Translations under genes and position numbers: made by a program
Sequence record: MW749003.1
DNA length: 64,000 bases
Reading direction: 5' to 3' (one strand)
In this document: piece after piece, positions 10,001 to 19,310 of the stretch
Position numbering within the stretch: the stretch's first letter is position 1
How the letters are laid out: each line of letters starts with the position of its first letter
Notes under the pieces: model-generated
The model's input: the letters and a program-made list of their open reading frames with translations, nothing else
Database searches by the model: none
Told to the model about the DNA's origin: nothing

Positions 10001-12850
10001 TCAAAAGTAGGAGATATCGCTTCAGGTATTGGTAATAAACTATCTGGTCGTAAAGGGCATAAAAAAAGTAAATCTTCTTCTAATAGAAGATCTTTTTCAA
10101 TGCCAGATATTTTAGATAGAGTATTTAATCGTAAAAGTGATTCACTGCATGTCTTTGTAGATGGCGGTTCTCTAGATAAAATCCGAGAAGTAGTTAAGGT
10201 TCAGACACATATTAGTGATGGAAACTCTGCAGTAGAACAAATTGCAGAATTTAAAAAAAGACGTCAAAATAATGAAAATAGCCTTCTTCAAAACTTAAAA
10301 GGTGGTAGAAAGAAAAGAAATAGAAATAACCTTACAGGTGAACAGTCTTCTGGTGGAGGTTTCTTAAGCGGAACACTAAGTAATATTGCAGGTGATATTA
10401 TTGGTGAGGTAATTGGAAATAAAATTGCTGGACGTGGAGGAAGAGATACTGGTACTAGAGCTGGAAGAAGAGCTGGACGGAGAGGAATCTTTGGTAGAAT
10501 TGGCGGTCTCTTTAATCGCAATAGAGGTGCATCTGAAGCTATTGAAGGAGCAACTGATCTAGCACAAAACTCTACTAGAATGGGAAGAAATCAAGCAACT
10601 GGACGAGGAATTAGAGGTATGTTCAGTCGAATTGGTGGAGGATTATCTCGTCTAGGTGGACGAGGAATGGCAGGAATTGGCGCTTTAGGTACTGGTGCTG
10701 GATTGGCATCTGGGGGTGCTGGTGTTGCTCAAGCCGCAACTACAGGAGCATCAGCGGCTACTACTGCGGCAGGTGCTAGTGGAGTAGCAGGAGCGGCTTC
10801 TGGAGGTGCTAAAGGACTTCTTAGAGGAGCTGGAACAGCACTTAGAGGGGCAGGTAGATTAGCAAAATTCATTCCAGGAGTAGGATTAGTTGCTACAGCA
10901 GGAATGGGTGTTATGGATGCTATTAATGGCGTTCAGAACGCTAACCAAATATTTGGAACTGAAAAAGCTACTTTGGGACAAAAAGTATCTGCAGGAGCAG
11001 GTAGTGTTATAAGTGGACTTACATTTGGTTTAGCTGATAAAGAAAAAGTTTCAAAAGGGATTTATGGATTTGGTAACAAGATTAAAGATTTTGGTTCAAA
11101 AGCATTAAGTACAGTTAAGAAAAATCCTTTATTGCTCGCCGGAGGTATTGGTGGAGGATTAGGATTAGGTGCTTTAGGACTTTCTAAGATGTTTGGAAAA
11201 AAAGAGGATGAAGATCAAAAAAGAGATGCTGAAAAGGGAGAAAACAGTAAGCAACCTATTAATAAAATCTCTGCTTGGGTCGAAAAACTAGGTAAATTCT
11301 TCTCAATTGGTGCTGGTGGTACATTCTTTAGTGGTATCTGGGGAATGATTACTGGTAAAACAGGTGGTATCTTTAATAAGATTGGTAACTGGTTTAAAGG
11401 CTTATTTGGTGGAGGAAAAGATGATAGTAATTCAGGTGGCGATTCTTATACTGGTAAAATTGGTTCTGGTATTGGAGCACTAGCCGCTAAATATGAGTCT
11501 AGTGGTAATGCTGGAACGGTAGCAAATAGTTCTGGTGATATTGGTGGGCAATCATTTGGTAAATATCAACTTGCAAGAAATACTGGGTCTTATAAATCTT
11601 TTATTAATAAGCTTAGTGATTATGGTCATGAAGACTGGGAAAAACAATTAAAAGCGGCTTATAATAGTACCTCTCAAAGTGCATCAGTATGGAAGAAGAT
11701 ATATAAGGAAAATCCAAAAGAATTTGAAAAAGTTCAGGATCAATATTTTGCAGATCAATATTTTAGACCAGCGGCAGGTAAAATCAAATCTGCAATTGGT
11801 TTAGATGTTGGTAAACGTTCTACGGCTGTTCAAGCGGCATTATTATCTACTGCTGTTCAACATGGAACTGCTGGTGCTGTTAATGTTTGGAAAAATGCAC
11901 TTGGTAGTAAAGCAAATGATATGTCTGATTCTGAGATTATCAATGCAGTCTATAAAGAGCGTGCGGCTAATAATGGTATGAAATATTTCCCTAGTTCTTC
12001 TGCCGCTATTCGTAAAGGCGTTGTGAACCGATTCTCAAGAGAGAAAAAAGATGCATTAGCAATGTTAGCTAAAGATGGTGGAGAAAAAGCAAATACTTCA
12101 TCTGATAGTGATAAAGATACAAAAGATTCTTCAACAACAGGTTCAACAGCGTCTAAGGTTATGAATGATCGCAGTCAATTTTACGATAATCCATTTAACT
12201 CAGCTTCTTCAGGTGGAGGCTATACAAATAGTACAGCAGGTTATGACTCAGCACCTTCTTCATCATATAAGAGTATTGGTGGATTTAGTCTTGGTTCATC
12301 TGCTGGAAAAGCATTAACTTCTGGTTCTGCATATGTGGCAAATTTACTTTCAACATCTGATAAAGCAATGGGAGACTTAAGATGGTCAATTGGAAATAAT
12401 ACTATTTCTAAAGCAAATAGTATTAAGAATAGCTATCTAAATTCCAATTCTTCAAGTAATCCATTTTCTGCATTAGGAATTGGTACTGGAACAACATCAA
12501 ATATTAAATCAACTGCATCAAGTTCATTAGTAAATCCATTAAGCTCTATTCCAAAACTTTCAAGTTCTTCTTCAGAAAGTAACACTGGAAGTACTATAAC
12601 TGGAAATGATTTTACTGAAATGCTTAAGAACTCTGATGAAATTGCTCAAATGCAAAGTATTCTTAAACAAATTAATGAGAACAGCAAACAAGGAAATAGT
12701 ATTCTGGCTAAGATGCTTGAAGCCATTATTGATATTAGAGATAATAAAAGTTTTGGTGGAACAACAGTAGTCAATAATACTTCTTCAGGTTCAAATTACA
12801 GTTCTTCAAGTATTTCTCCAGAGACAGATAGTATGTTAAAGGGTTATTAA
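7085..12850 (+). CDS. Tail tape-measure-like protein with a C-terminal lysozyme-like domain
   Basis: 1921 aa; Gly/Ala-rich hydrophobic stretch; KYESSG...GGQSFGKYQL...AVQHG muramidase-like motif. Confidence 0.75.
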   Translation: MPMRVLPKFVKNVGKSLGRSTASAFGDMMPSMKNSGIDSKNYIAEVYNSSREKVTPNEVKQTYIYKSGQQLINNAIRDLKSGNFYNKERQQQASNDSFKEMFGIDLDNLTNFEDQNKETTKEKDGKTIHNTSNNTQQNVFVNNSDPSTSKSIQQLTTISSSAMKMSHYNSSALSKQISTLIEFQHNNTNRFYTEMSSKMADITRDVSQMTGFLGVMAEVSVGGTRRTQGESMLATLLGLEGFSVSGMKDMYRKKYSNSTGGMKDTFNLVIKPYIDEVVANPIGALTKNAIKLALPRALKSAVGDMDQMFKFLPTMIQGKAKDWEGSDNVFKRNAAKIFGIDLKEDKGFNFSNYEKGKVAFDGVTRRSIVNVIPSLLSKILASVSNNSTHKEELIYDYDKGKFTTRKRVIKEMNSDIKNFTIDNYDLTNYKEQIARENQSKFSSSEELSAFMERVDKALLSMVKNSKMIHGNSKASDISEDEDVANAILNNFKGQTNANKSKYQYDLLSASKAYSDIYRRIEQNESFNNAFDMTKEERIFEPETNKEMARRVKSNIDRFFGVGQGPVENNMSKKNPLYWLTEGIKRVNGKTSEFFYGQDNNEYAYTRPQQPSSNQQNTVNRGSKIKDFASRVVNTGSNAISKLNTRNGLMPERRTSPSIPVISNTEDTSSNNTTRELSNLNQNIEEVNNEISGDRGITRSIFLLNRNIERNNRIMEGRNDEKTSSSTNSTAIRTTNVQNPDLSILPKINDNILHIITLLEAKFSGDGLPIGRIGKFKNIIGSYKDKTLNFFEKLFGRGRSNSGGFFSRTAEKVKGFIGMVFGNSGSRTSLLSKLFGGAMDSIRGANGRQSITSRLLGRDGIITKFVSGTLTTVLDVASKTIPKATKFAGEVTKGFLNFGKSAFSLILGAGKKGLDKAKELRSNRSASRARRSGNRNIKGMRGLLGLLTSTTGSVIGGAGSLIGGSLSLGMRGISKVGDIASGIGNKLSGRKGHKKSKSSSNRRSFSMPDILDRVFNRKSDSLHVFVDGGSLDKIREVVKVQTHISDGNSAVEQIAEFKKRRQNNENSLLQNLKGGRKKRNRNNLTGEQSSGGGFLSGTLSNIAGDIIGEVIGNKIAGRGGRDTGTRAGRRAGRRGIFGRIGGLFNRNRGASEAIEGATDLAQNSTRMGRNQATGRGIRGMFSRIGGGLSRLGGRGMAGIGALGTGAGLASGGAGVAQAATTGASAATTAAGASGVAGAASGGAKGLLRGAGTALRGAGRLAKFIPGVGLVATAGMGVMDAINGVQNANQIFGTEKATLGQKVSAGAGSVISGLTFGLADKEKVSKGIYGFGNKIKDFGSKALSTVKKNPLLLAGGIGGGLGLGALGLSKMFGKKEDEDQKRDAEKGENSKQPINKISAWVEKLGKFFSIGAGGTFFSGIWGMITGKTGGIFNKIGNWFKGLFGGGKDDSNSGGDSYTGKIGSGIGALAAKYESSGNAGTVANSSGDIGGQSFGKYQLARNTGSYKSFINKLSDYGHEDWEKQLKAAYNSTSQSASVWKKIYKENPKEFEKVQDQYFADQYFRPAAGKIKSAIGLDVGKRSTAVQAALLSTAVQHGTAGAVNVWKNALGSKANDMSDSEIINAVYKERAANNGMKYFPSSSAAIRKGVVNRFSREKKDALAMLAKDGGEKANTSSDSDKDTKDSSTTGSTASKVMNDRSQFYDNPFNSASSGGGYTNSTAGYDSAPSSSYKSIGGFSLGSSAGKALTSGSAYVANLLSTSDKAMGDLRWSIGNNTISKANSIKNSYLNSNSSSNPFSALGIGTGTTSNIKSTASSSLVNPLSSIPKLSSSSSESNTGSTITGNDFTEMLKNSDEIAQMQSILKQINENSKQGNSILAKMLEAIIDIRDNKSFGGTTVVNNTSSGSNYSSSSISPETDSMLKGY

Positions 12851-12867
12851 TAGAGAGGTGATTTATT

Positions 12868-15800
12868 ATGGCAGATGAACAGCAAAACGTTGATGAACAA
12901 CAGTCACAGATAATTGGAGATGAGTTTTTCCAAGAAGGTAACTCTAATTCAGATTCAAAAGGTGGATTTGGAACAAGTGTAGAATATACTGACGGTTTTG
13001 AAGCATTAATTGGATCTTCTAAGGGTGGTTCTGGTTCTTATGCTACACCTACATGGAATCCATATAAATCAGATAGTGTATTAGGCTTACCTTTATACTA
13101 TAATGATTTAGCGGATCCTTCGGGAAGAGTATATAATCAAACCATTATTCAAGATATTCCTAATATATACATGGTTCCCGGAATTCCATCTATTAATAGA
13201 AATATGATTGACGTAGCAGGAAAACGTATTATTCCTGCTACTCTTTCTCGTGCATTAATGGATTTTCAAAATAATCCAAATAGTATTTTTAATTTTGGAG
13301 TTAGAGGAGTAAAAAGTGGTAATGACCTTCGTTTCATAGGGTTTAAAGCAGATTATTCTGAATACTTTAAATATGTACAAACTATGTTAAGTACTATACA
13401 TTCATATATGGCAATGGATGGCATATTTGATTTATATAGATTCTCAGATGACTTTAATAATAGTTTTAAAAATTATGGATTATGTTTTTATGCAGATAAA
13501 TCTACAACTATTTCTGAGTCAGCTGATAATACTTATGCGGCTTCTAGAACAGCAGAAATGGTAAGTGAGAAAGCGGCTACTTTAAGGGAAGCAGATTTAT
13601 TATATCCTACAGGAAGTACAACATCTCGTATTGTTGACTCAATTAAAGCGGCTAATCCAATTGGTGTACTAGAATCATTAGGTTCATTTGATGGAATTAT
13701 CACTCGTACATCAAATGCTTTATTTCGTGTTGTAAATGGATCACAATTAATGTTCCCTGACTTTTGGCAAGATTCTAGATTTGATAAATCTTATAATATT
13801 AGTTTCAAATTTTATAGTCCTTATGGTGATAGAGAAAGTATATTTAGATATGTGTATGTACCTTTTATAGCACTATTAGCATTAGCATTGCCTTAAATGA
13901 CGGGGCAATTAAAACTCTTTTAACTGCTGGAACATCCTTAGAGCTTATTAGACTACAACGTGACTGGTGACAGTGAGCGTGAATGTTTAAAAACTAATAA
14001 GATTGGACAATCAGCAACTAGTTAAAACTTCCATCATCCCATTAAACATAGTATTAATGATTAATGAAGGCGGGATGATTTACTTGGTTAAAAGGAAAAC
14101 TAATGAGGAATTCTTAAAAGAAGTATCTGACAACTATAATGAAGAATACACTATTTTATCAGAATATAAAAATGCTAGGACAAAGATCTCTATTAGACAT
14201 GAAAAATGTGGTGAAGTATATGAAAGAAGACCAGACTCTATAAAAAATATCACATGTAAATCTTGTTCAAGGAGAAAATATACACATAGTGACATTATTA
14301 AAAGAATCAAAGATATTGTTAGTGATGAATATACTTTATTAGGTGAATATACAACAATGGAAAAACCTACTAAAATGATTCATAATCTTTGTAACTATGA
14401 GTGGAATGTAAAATTACATCATTTTATTAATAACGGTACAAGGTGTCCAAAATGTTTTGGTAATGTCAAGAGAAATACAGAGTCTTATAAAAAAGAAGTA
14501 TATGATCTTTATAAAGATGAATATTCTGTATTAGGAGAATATACTGATACACACTCGCCTATTAAAATGTATCATAATGTATGTAATTTAGAATTTGAAG
14601 TACGTCCTAGTGATTTTTTAGGTAGTCATATGCAAGGCTGTCCTAAGTGTAAAGCTTCTAAAGGCGAAAGACTAATAAGAAATTGGTTGTCAGAGAATAA
14701 TATTTCATTTGAAGAACAAGTTAAAATGGATGGACTTAGAAATAAGATTCCACTAACATTTGATTTTTTCTTACCTGATCATAACACTGCTATTGAATTT
14801 GATGGAATTCAGCACTTTAAACCTGTTAAAAGGTTTGGCGGTGAGGAAAGATTTAAAATTCAGCAGAAAAGAGATTCTATTAAGAATCAATTTTGTAAGG
14901 AAAATGAAATAAGGTTAATAAGAATACCATACTTTAAGATAAAAAATATTAGTTTAATCCTTTCTAATTTATTGGAAGTTACTAGCTCAACGACTATCGA
15001 AACCACATCATTTGATGGAAGGAAGTAGAGTACCCCACAAGCGTGGTTACATTTAGGCATAAATGTAAGTATAGTAAACTAATACTATATGGGAAACAAA
15101 GAGCATGATGAAGGCAAAAAGCTGGAGTGAAGATATAGTCTCAACTTCTATGGAAACATAGAGCAGTTCATAAGAGAACGCACTGAAGTAGCGACTCAGT
15201 GGAAGGTTATGCGTCAAGACGGTTTATTAGGATATCAGCAACCATTTTTTGTGAGAATGTCTCGTCCGGGTTAACTAAATAGCTCGGCTTATGAGTAATC
15301 ATAAGAAACAATCATTCTCTAATTGCTGGAAAGTCTTAACATGTTGTGATGAAGATAATCAGCAGCGAAGATTATTAGTTTTAGATTGTGTAATAAAAAA
15401 TTATATCAATAGTAAAATAAACAAAATAATAATTTATTATTTTGGAGTTGGTATGATGAAAGCACTTACACATAAAGAAGTAAAAGAATATATTTATACA
15501 GTAACTAATGGTGAATATGAATTAATTAATGAATATGTGAATGACAAAACATATATTACGCTAATTCATAATAAATGTGGAAAACAGTATAGTACGAGGT
15601 TTAGTTACTTTAAAAGAGGAGATCGACATACTTGTTGGAAGATCACTTGTGATGAAGATTTTGTTAATAAAGTTAAAAAACTTGTTGGAGATAAATATAC
15701 TTTTCTCTCCCCTTTTGAGAAATCCAGTATTAAAATTCCTTGTAGACATAATGATTGTGGGTACATTTGGGAAATTACACCTAATAATTTTATTTCAAAA

Positions 15801-16769
15801 GGATGTCGATGTCCTAAGTGCAAGTCAGCTATTCCTCGTGGAGAAAAAAATATAATTAAATGGTTAGAAAATAATCACTTTGACTATGAACACCAATTCT
15901 CTTTTAAAGATTCATCTATAAAAAATCTATCATTTGACTTTAGGGTAAAGTTAGACGATAATAAGTTTGTTCTAATTGAGTTTGATGGTGAACAACATTA
16001 TAAACCAAAATTCGGTGATGATGGAAGGGAATTTAAAAAACAATTAGAACGTGATAGAAATAAAAATAATTATTGTAAGATTAATAATATTCCACTTTTA
16101 AGAATACCATATAAATATAGGGATACTGTTGATATAATTCTAGAAGACTTCTTTACTAATAATAACGTTCAACGACTATCCGAAAGTAATCGTTAGATTA
16201 TGAGTAGCCTAAAAATAGGCAATAGGAGTACGGCTCAAGTGTTTGGAGTGGGTGAAAATCCCTTAAATGGAAACGGGAATCCCCTCTTTAGAGAGGGTGA
16301 AGATATAGTCTCATCTCTATGGAAACATAGAGCAGTTCATAAGAGAACGCATTAGATGTAGCGAATCTAGTGGAAGATAATGTATTTTGACATAGATATG
16401 GGAGTAGTAACAAGTTTGACTATTACTAAAGGCGGAGCTGATAGTCTTTGGACAGTTGACGGTCATCCGCAAATGATTGAAGTTAATATGAACGTAGTAG
16501 ATTTATATCCACAAATGATCCAAATTAAAGATATTGGTTTACTTGCATATAATCTGGGAATTGCATCATTCTTAGAAAACATGGCAGGAATAAGACCAGA
16601 CCAATTAAGTTTTCTTAAATTTAAATCATTAATTAATAGAAAACTATCAAATTCATTATTATTTACTACTTTCCTTGATGGAGGTTCAGGAATTAAAGAT
16701 AGAGTTGGTAACAAATTTGCTGACTTCTTCTATGAACTACAAGGTAAGTTTAATAATATATTAAGATAA
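12868..16769 (+). CDS. Spliced baseplate/tail-tube-fold virion protein, 490 aa; exons 12868-13893, 15212-15271, 16383-16769
   Basis: Joining the exons gives ...LLALALP|RQDGLLGYQQPFFVRMSRPG|YFDIDMGVVTSLTITKGG..., in frame with no stop. Confidence 0.85.
13894..15211 (+). mobile_element. Group I intron 1 (1318 nt)
   Basis: P1 with U13893-G13903 wobble; P10 TGACG pairs with exon-2 CGTCA; core AACTGCTGGAA, AATCAGCA, TCAACGACTA, AAGATATAGTC; terminal G15211. Confidence 0.92.
14075..15028 (+). CDS. Intron-encoded homing endonuclease (Zn-ribbon repeats plus Vsr/DUF559-like PD-(D/E)XK domain)
   Basis: HxxC..W...RCPKC repeats; LTFDFF..AIEFDGIQH; start codon uncertain. Confidence 0.8.
   Translation: MIYLVKRKTNEEFLKEVSDNYNEEYTILSEYKNARTKISIRHEKCGEVYERRPDSIKNITCKSCSRRKYTHSDIIKRIKDIVSDEYTLLGEYTTMEKPTKMIHNLCNYEWNVKLHHFINNGTRCPKCFGNVKRNTESYKKEVYDLYKDEYSVLGEYTDTHSPIKMYHNVCNLEFEVRPSDFLGSHMQGCPKCKASKGERLIRNWLSENNISFEEQVKMDGLRNKIPLTFDFFLPDHNTAIEFDGIQHFKPVKRFGGEERFKIQQKRDSIKNQFCKENEIRLIRIPYFKIKNISLILSNLLEVTSSTTIETTSFDGRK
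15272..16382 (+). mobile_element. Group I intron 2 (1111 nt)
   Basis: P1 CCGGGT/GCTCGG with U15271-G15282; P10 AAATA pairs with exon-3 TATTT; core AATTGCTGGAA, AATCAGCA, TCAACGACTA, AAGATATAGTC; terminal G16382. Confidence 0.92.
15453..16196 (+). CDS. Intron-encoded homing endonuclease, same family as in intron 1
   Basis: RBS GGAG at 15444; CRHNDCGYIW...RCPKC; LSFDF..LIEFDGEQH. Confidence 0.8.
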   Translation: MMKALTHKEVKEYIYTVTNGEYELINEYVNDKTYITLIHNKCGKQYSTRFSYFKRGDRHTCWKITCDEDFVNKVKKLVGDKYTFLSPFEKSSIKIPCRHNDCGYIWEITPNNFISKGCRCPKCKSAIPRGEKNIIKWLENNHFDYEHQFSFKDSSIKNLSFDFRVKLDDNKFVLIEFDGEQHYKPKFGDDGREFKKQLERDRNKNNYCKINNIPLLRIPYKYRDTVDIILEDFFTNNNVQRLSESNR

Positions 16770-16774
16770 ATTAA

Positions 16775-16803
16775 GAAAGAACCTTTATTTAGGTTCTTTC
16801 TTA
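16775..16803 (+). terminator. Terminator after the spliced gene
   Basis: AAGAAAGAACCT / AGGTTCTTTCTT stem. Confidence 0.65.
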
Positions 16804-16871
16804 ATTAATACAATTCTAAATTCCTAACTTTTAAAGAATATGCCTAACAGATTAATAGAAATTAAATCTGA

Positions 16872-17486
16872 TTGGAGGTAGAATTCTTGGCATTTAAAAA
16901 AGGTAGTATTTCACAAACTACCAAATCGCAAAAAAAGAAATTAGAAAAAATTAAAAATACTGAAATTGAGTTAATAATTAATGAATTAGATGATAATCAA
17001 GTAGTAGTTAATATTAACATGAATAGCATAATAGAACCATATGTAAGAAATAGATTGGCAGGTAATTCATCACATCTATATGATCCATTAAATACTTATA
17101 AGAAACAGATAAGACGAAAATTAAAAGAACAACTAGAAAATTATGAAAACTTTAAAATGGGAGAAGGTAAAATTACTTTCATTATTGATGTATATACTGT
17201 TCCACCTAAGTCATTTACAAAAAGACAGCTAGTATATGCTATATTTAAAAGAATTATAAGACCTATTGTTAAACCAGATTTAGATAATGTTGCTAAAACT
17301 GCAATGGATGTTTGTTCTAAATTATTTTGGAAAGATGATAATCAAGTAGTAGAACTCAAAGTGAGAAAATTTTATGGGGAAAACCAAGCAACTTATATTA
17401 AATTTTACATGGATTTAAAGCCAGATGAAATTCGGGGAAGAGCAAATGAGGAGGAAAATGAACTATGGAAAACGCTAAATCTTTAG
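16872..17486 (+). CDS. rusA: RusA-like Holliday junction resolvase
   Basis: KPDLDNVAK...FWKDDNQVV motif; true start may be TTG 16887; late motif 16846-16857. Confidence 0.85.
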   Translation: MEVEFLAFKKGSISQTTKSQKKKLEKIKNTEIELIINELDDNQVVVNINMNSIIEPYVRNRLAGNSSHLYDPLNTYKKQIRRKLKEQLENYENFKMGEGKITFIIDVYTVPPKSFTKRQLVYAIFKRIIRPIVKPDLDNVAKTAMDVCSKLFWKDDNQVVELKVRKFYGENQATYIKFYMDLKPDEIRGRANEEENELWKTLNL

Positions 17487-17971
17487 CGGATACATCAAAG
17501 TATCTCAACCAAAGTGATATTGAAAATATTGTGAAAGTAAATAAAATTAAAAAGGATATTACTAGTTTTTTTGATATGGATTTATTCATCAATAAGATGA
17601 GAGATATTATTGATGAATCTGAACATTTTGACTTTAGAAGTAAAACTTCACGATTATATATTGAAAAAGAAAGACCAAATTTTATTTTAAAATATGTATC
17701 AGATGAACTAACAAATAAAATTAATTCTGTACAAGGTTCTGATCCAGAAGAAACTGAGTCAATTCAAATTGATATTATTACTGAATACATCTTTAATGAT
17801 GTTATCTCTAAATTTTCTACTTTTGTTACTGATTGTATTAAAGACACAGAAAAATTAAATGATTTATTTTCAGATATTCCAGATGATATCAAAGATATTC
17901 TAATTTCAAATATTTATACAATTAGACCTGATATCAAGGGAAATAACATTCAAGTACTTTATTTTATTTAA
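17465..17971 (+). CDS. Hypothetical protein
   Basis: ORF overlapping the rusA stop. Confidence 0.65.
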   Translation: MENAKSLADTSKYLNQSDIENIVKVNKIKKDITSFFDMDLFINKMRDIIDESEHFDFRSKTSRLYIEKERPNFILKYVSDELTNKINSVQGSDPEETESIQIDIITEYIFNDVISKFSTFVTDCIKDTEKLNDLFSDIPDDIKDILISNIYTIRPDIKGNNIQVLYFI

Positions 17972-17998
17972 TAAAAAAGATTACAGGGGGTTTTCATA

Positions 17999-18418
17999 AT
18001 GTGGAAACAAGCATTAAAATTAAAAGGTACAAAAGATTTAATTGATGAAGAAATTATTAACTTAGATGATGTAATTCTAACAAAACCTGTTTACAATAAA
18101 GTAAAGAATACTATTGAAAAAGCAATTGCACGTAATGAATTAGTTACTACTAATTTAAAAGGAGTAGGAAAGACAACCGCTGTTATTAAATTAGCTAAGA
18201 AGTATGATCTGAGTGTAGTTACTCTTCATTCTGAAGTAGAAGAATTATCAGAAAAGTTTAATTATGGTAGAATTTATTCTTTACAGATGATAACTGGAAA
18301 TTTAGATGATTATAAAAACCATAAATTTATTGTAGACTGCGGAAGAAATACTGAGGGAGTAATTAATGCATTAAGAAATAATGGTCTTAATGTAATTTCA
18401 GGTGTTATATGTAATTAA
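17999..18418 (+). CDS. Small P-loop-like protein
   Basis: LKGVGKTTAVI Walker-A-like motif; only 139 aa. Confidence 0.5.
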   Translation: MWKQALKLKGTKDLIDEEIINLDDVILTKPVYNKVKNTIEKAIARNELVTTNLKGVGKTTAVIKLAKKYDLSVVTLHSEVEELSEKFNYGRIYSLQMITGNLDDYKNHKFIVDCGRNTEGVINALRNNGLNVISGVICN

Positions 18419-18420
18419 TA

Positions 18421-18460
18421 AAAACGATAAATCATATTATATAATATGATTTATCGTTTT
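18421..18460. terminator. Perfect 40-bp palindrome between convergent genes (bidirectional terminator)
   Basis: AAAACGATAAATCATATTAT|ATAATATGATTTATCGTTTT. Confidence 0.75.
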
Positions 18461-18463
18461 ACT

Positions 18464-19303
18464 CTATTTATTAAAGAATCTAGGAAGGGCTTTTCTTAAT
18501 TGTTCTCCATCAAATTCTACTAATCTTAGAGTATTTAGTGTTTCCAATAGAGTATAATCAAATAGGCTTTCAGCCATTGCTTGTTCAAGAATTTCCTGAT
18601 CTACTTCAGTCTTTTCATTCTCTTTTAAAGCCATTTTAACATTTTGAACCTGAAGATTTTTAAATAGAGTATCTTTTGGTTTAATTGGGCTTTCAGATTC
18701 ACTAATAGCTACAGCAATATCTCTTTCAGTTTTAACAACATTAACTACTTTATTGGTAATTACCTCGGATACATACTCAACATACGTTTTAATATCCTTA
18801 TTAAATGATTCACTAACGATTTTTACATCCTCTTCATTATCTTTAACTGGGAACATTTTTTCAATATGATATTCAATTGACTCCATAACACTTTGCATTG
18901 TAGTACTTTTAACCATTTCAAAAGTTCCATTTGAAATAAGATTATCAGTAATTCCTTTAACTTGTTTAGTCATATATTCTTTGTTTAATTTTTTAACATC
19001 TTCATCAAGAGGTAGAGCGTTATATACTACACTAGATAAAAAATGTTCAAGTAATTCTTTAGACTGTTGACTTTCAAATTGTTTCTTTTCAATAAGTCTA
19101 GCTCTCTTTTGTCTAGCACGCTTATTACCAGCTAGGAAGGCAACTTCATTATTTGTCGCTTCAATATTATTTATAACGCTCTCATTAAATACTTCTTCCT
19201 GTTTTTTACCTTCAGATAAAACTTCAGAAAATCCAAGTGATTGATTAAACCGTCTCTTTCTAAACTTTGTATTTTTACTGGAAAATGTTTCCATTAAGTT
19301 CAC
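18464..19303 (-). CDS. Putative virion (head) protein
   Basis: ORF in structural operon; many xxE-S motifs resembling protease-processed head proteins. Confidence 0.5.
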   Translation of the reverse strand: MNLMETFSSKNTKFRKRRFNQSLGFSEVLSEGKKQEEVFNESVINNIEATNNEVAFLAGNKRARQKRARLIEKKQFESQQSKELLEHFLSSVVYNALPLDEDVKKLNKEYMTKQVKGITDNLISNGTFEMVKSTTMQSVMESIEYHIEKMFPVKDNEEDVKIVSESFNKDIKTYVEYVSEVITNKVVNVVKTERDIAVAISESESPIKPKDTLFKNLQVQNVKMALKENEKTEVDQEILEQAMAESLFDYTLLETLNTLRLVEFDGEQLRKALPRFFNK

Positions 19304-19310
19304 CCTCTTT

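Noticed and set aside
14003-14074. N-terminal extensions of the intron ORFs (14003-14074, 15291-15452)
   Set aside because: They overlap conserved intron core elements and lie upstream of the internal late promoters and RBSs.
16380-16769. Stand-alone 129-aa gene starting at ATG 16380
   Set aside because: The G of that ATG is the terminal G of intron 2; the ORF is exon 3 of the spliced gene.
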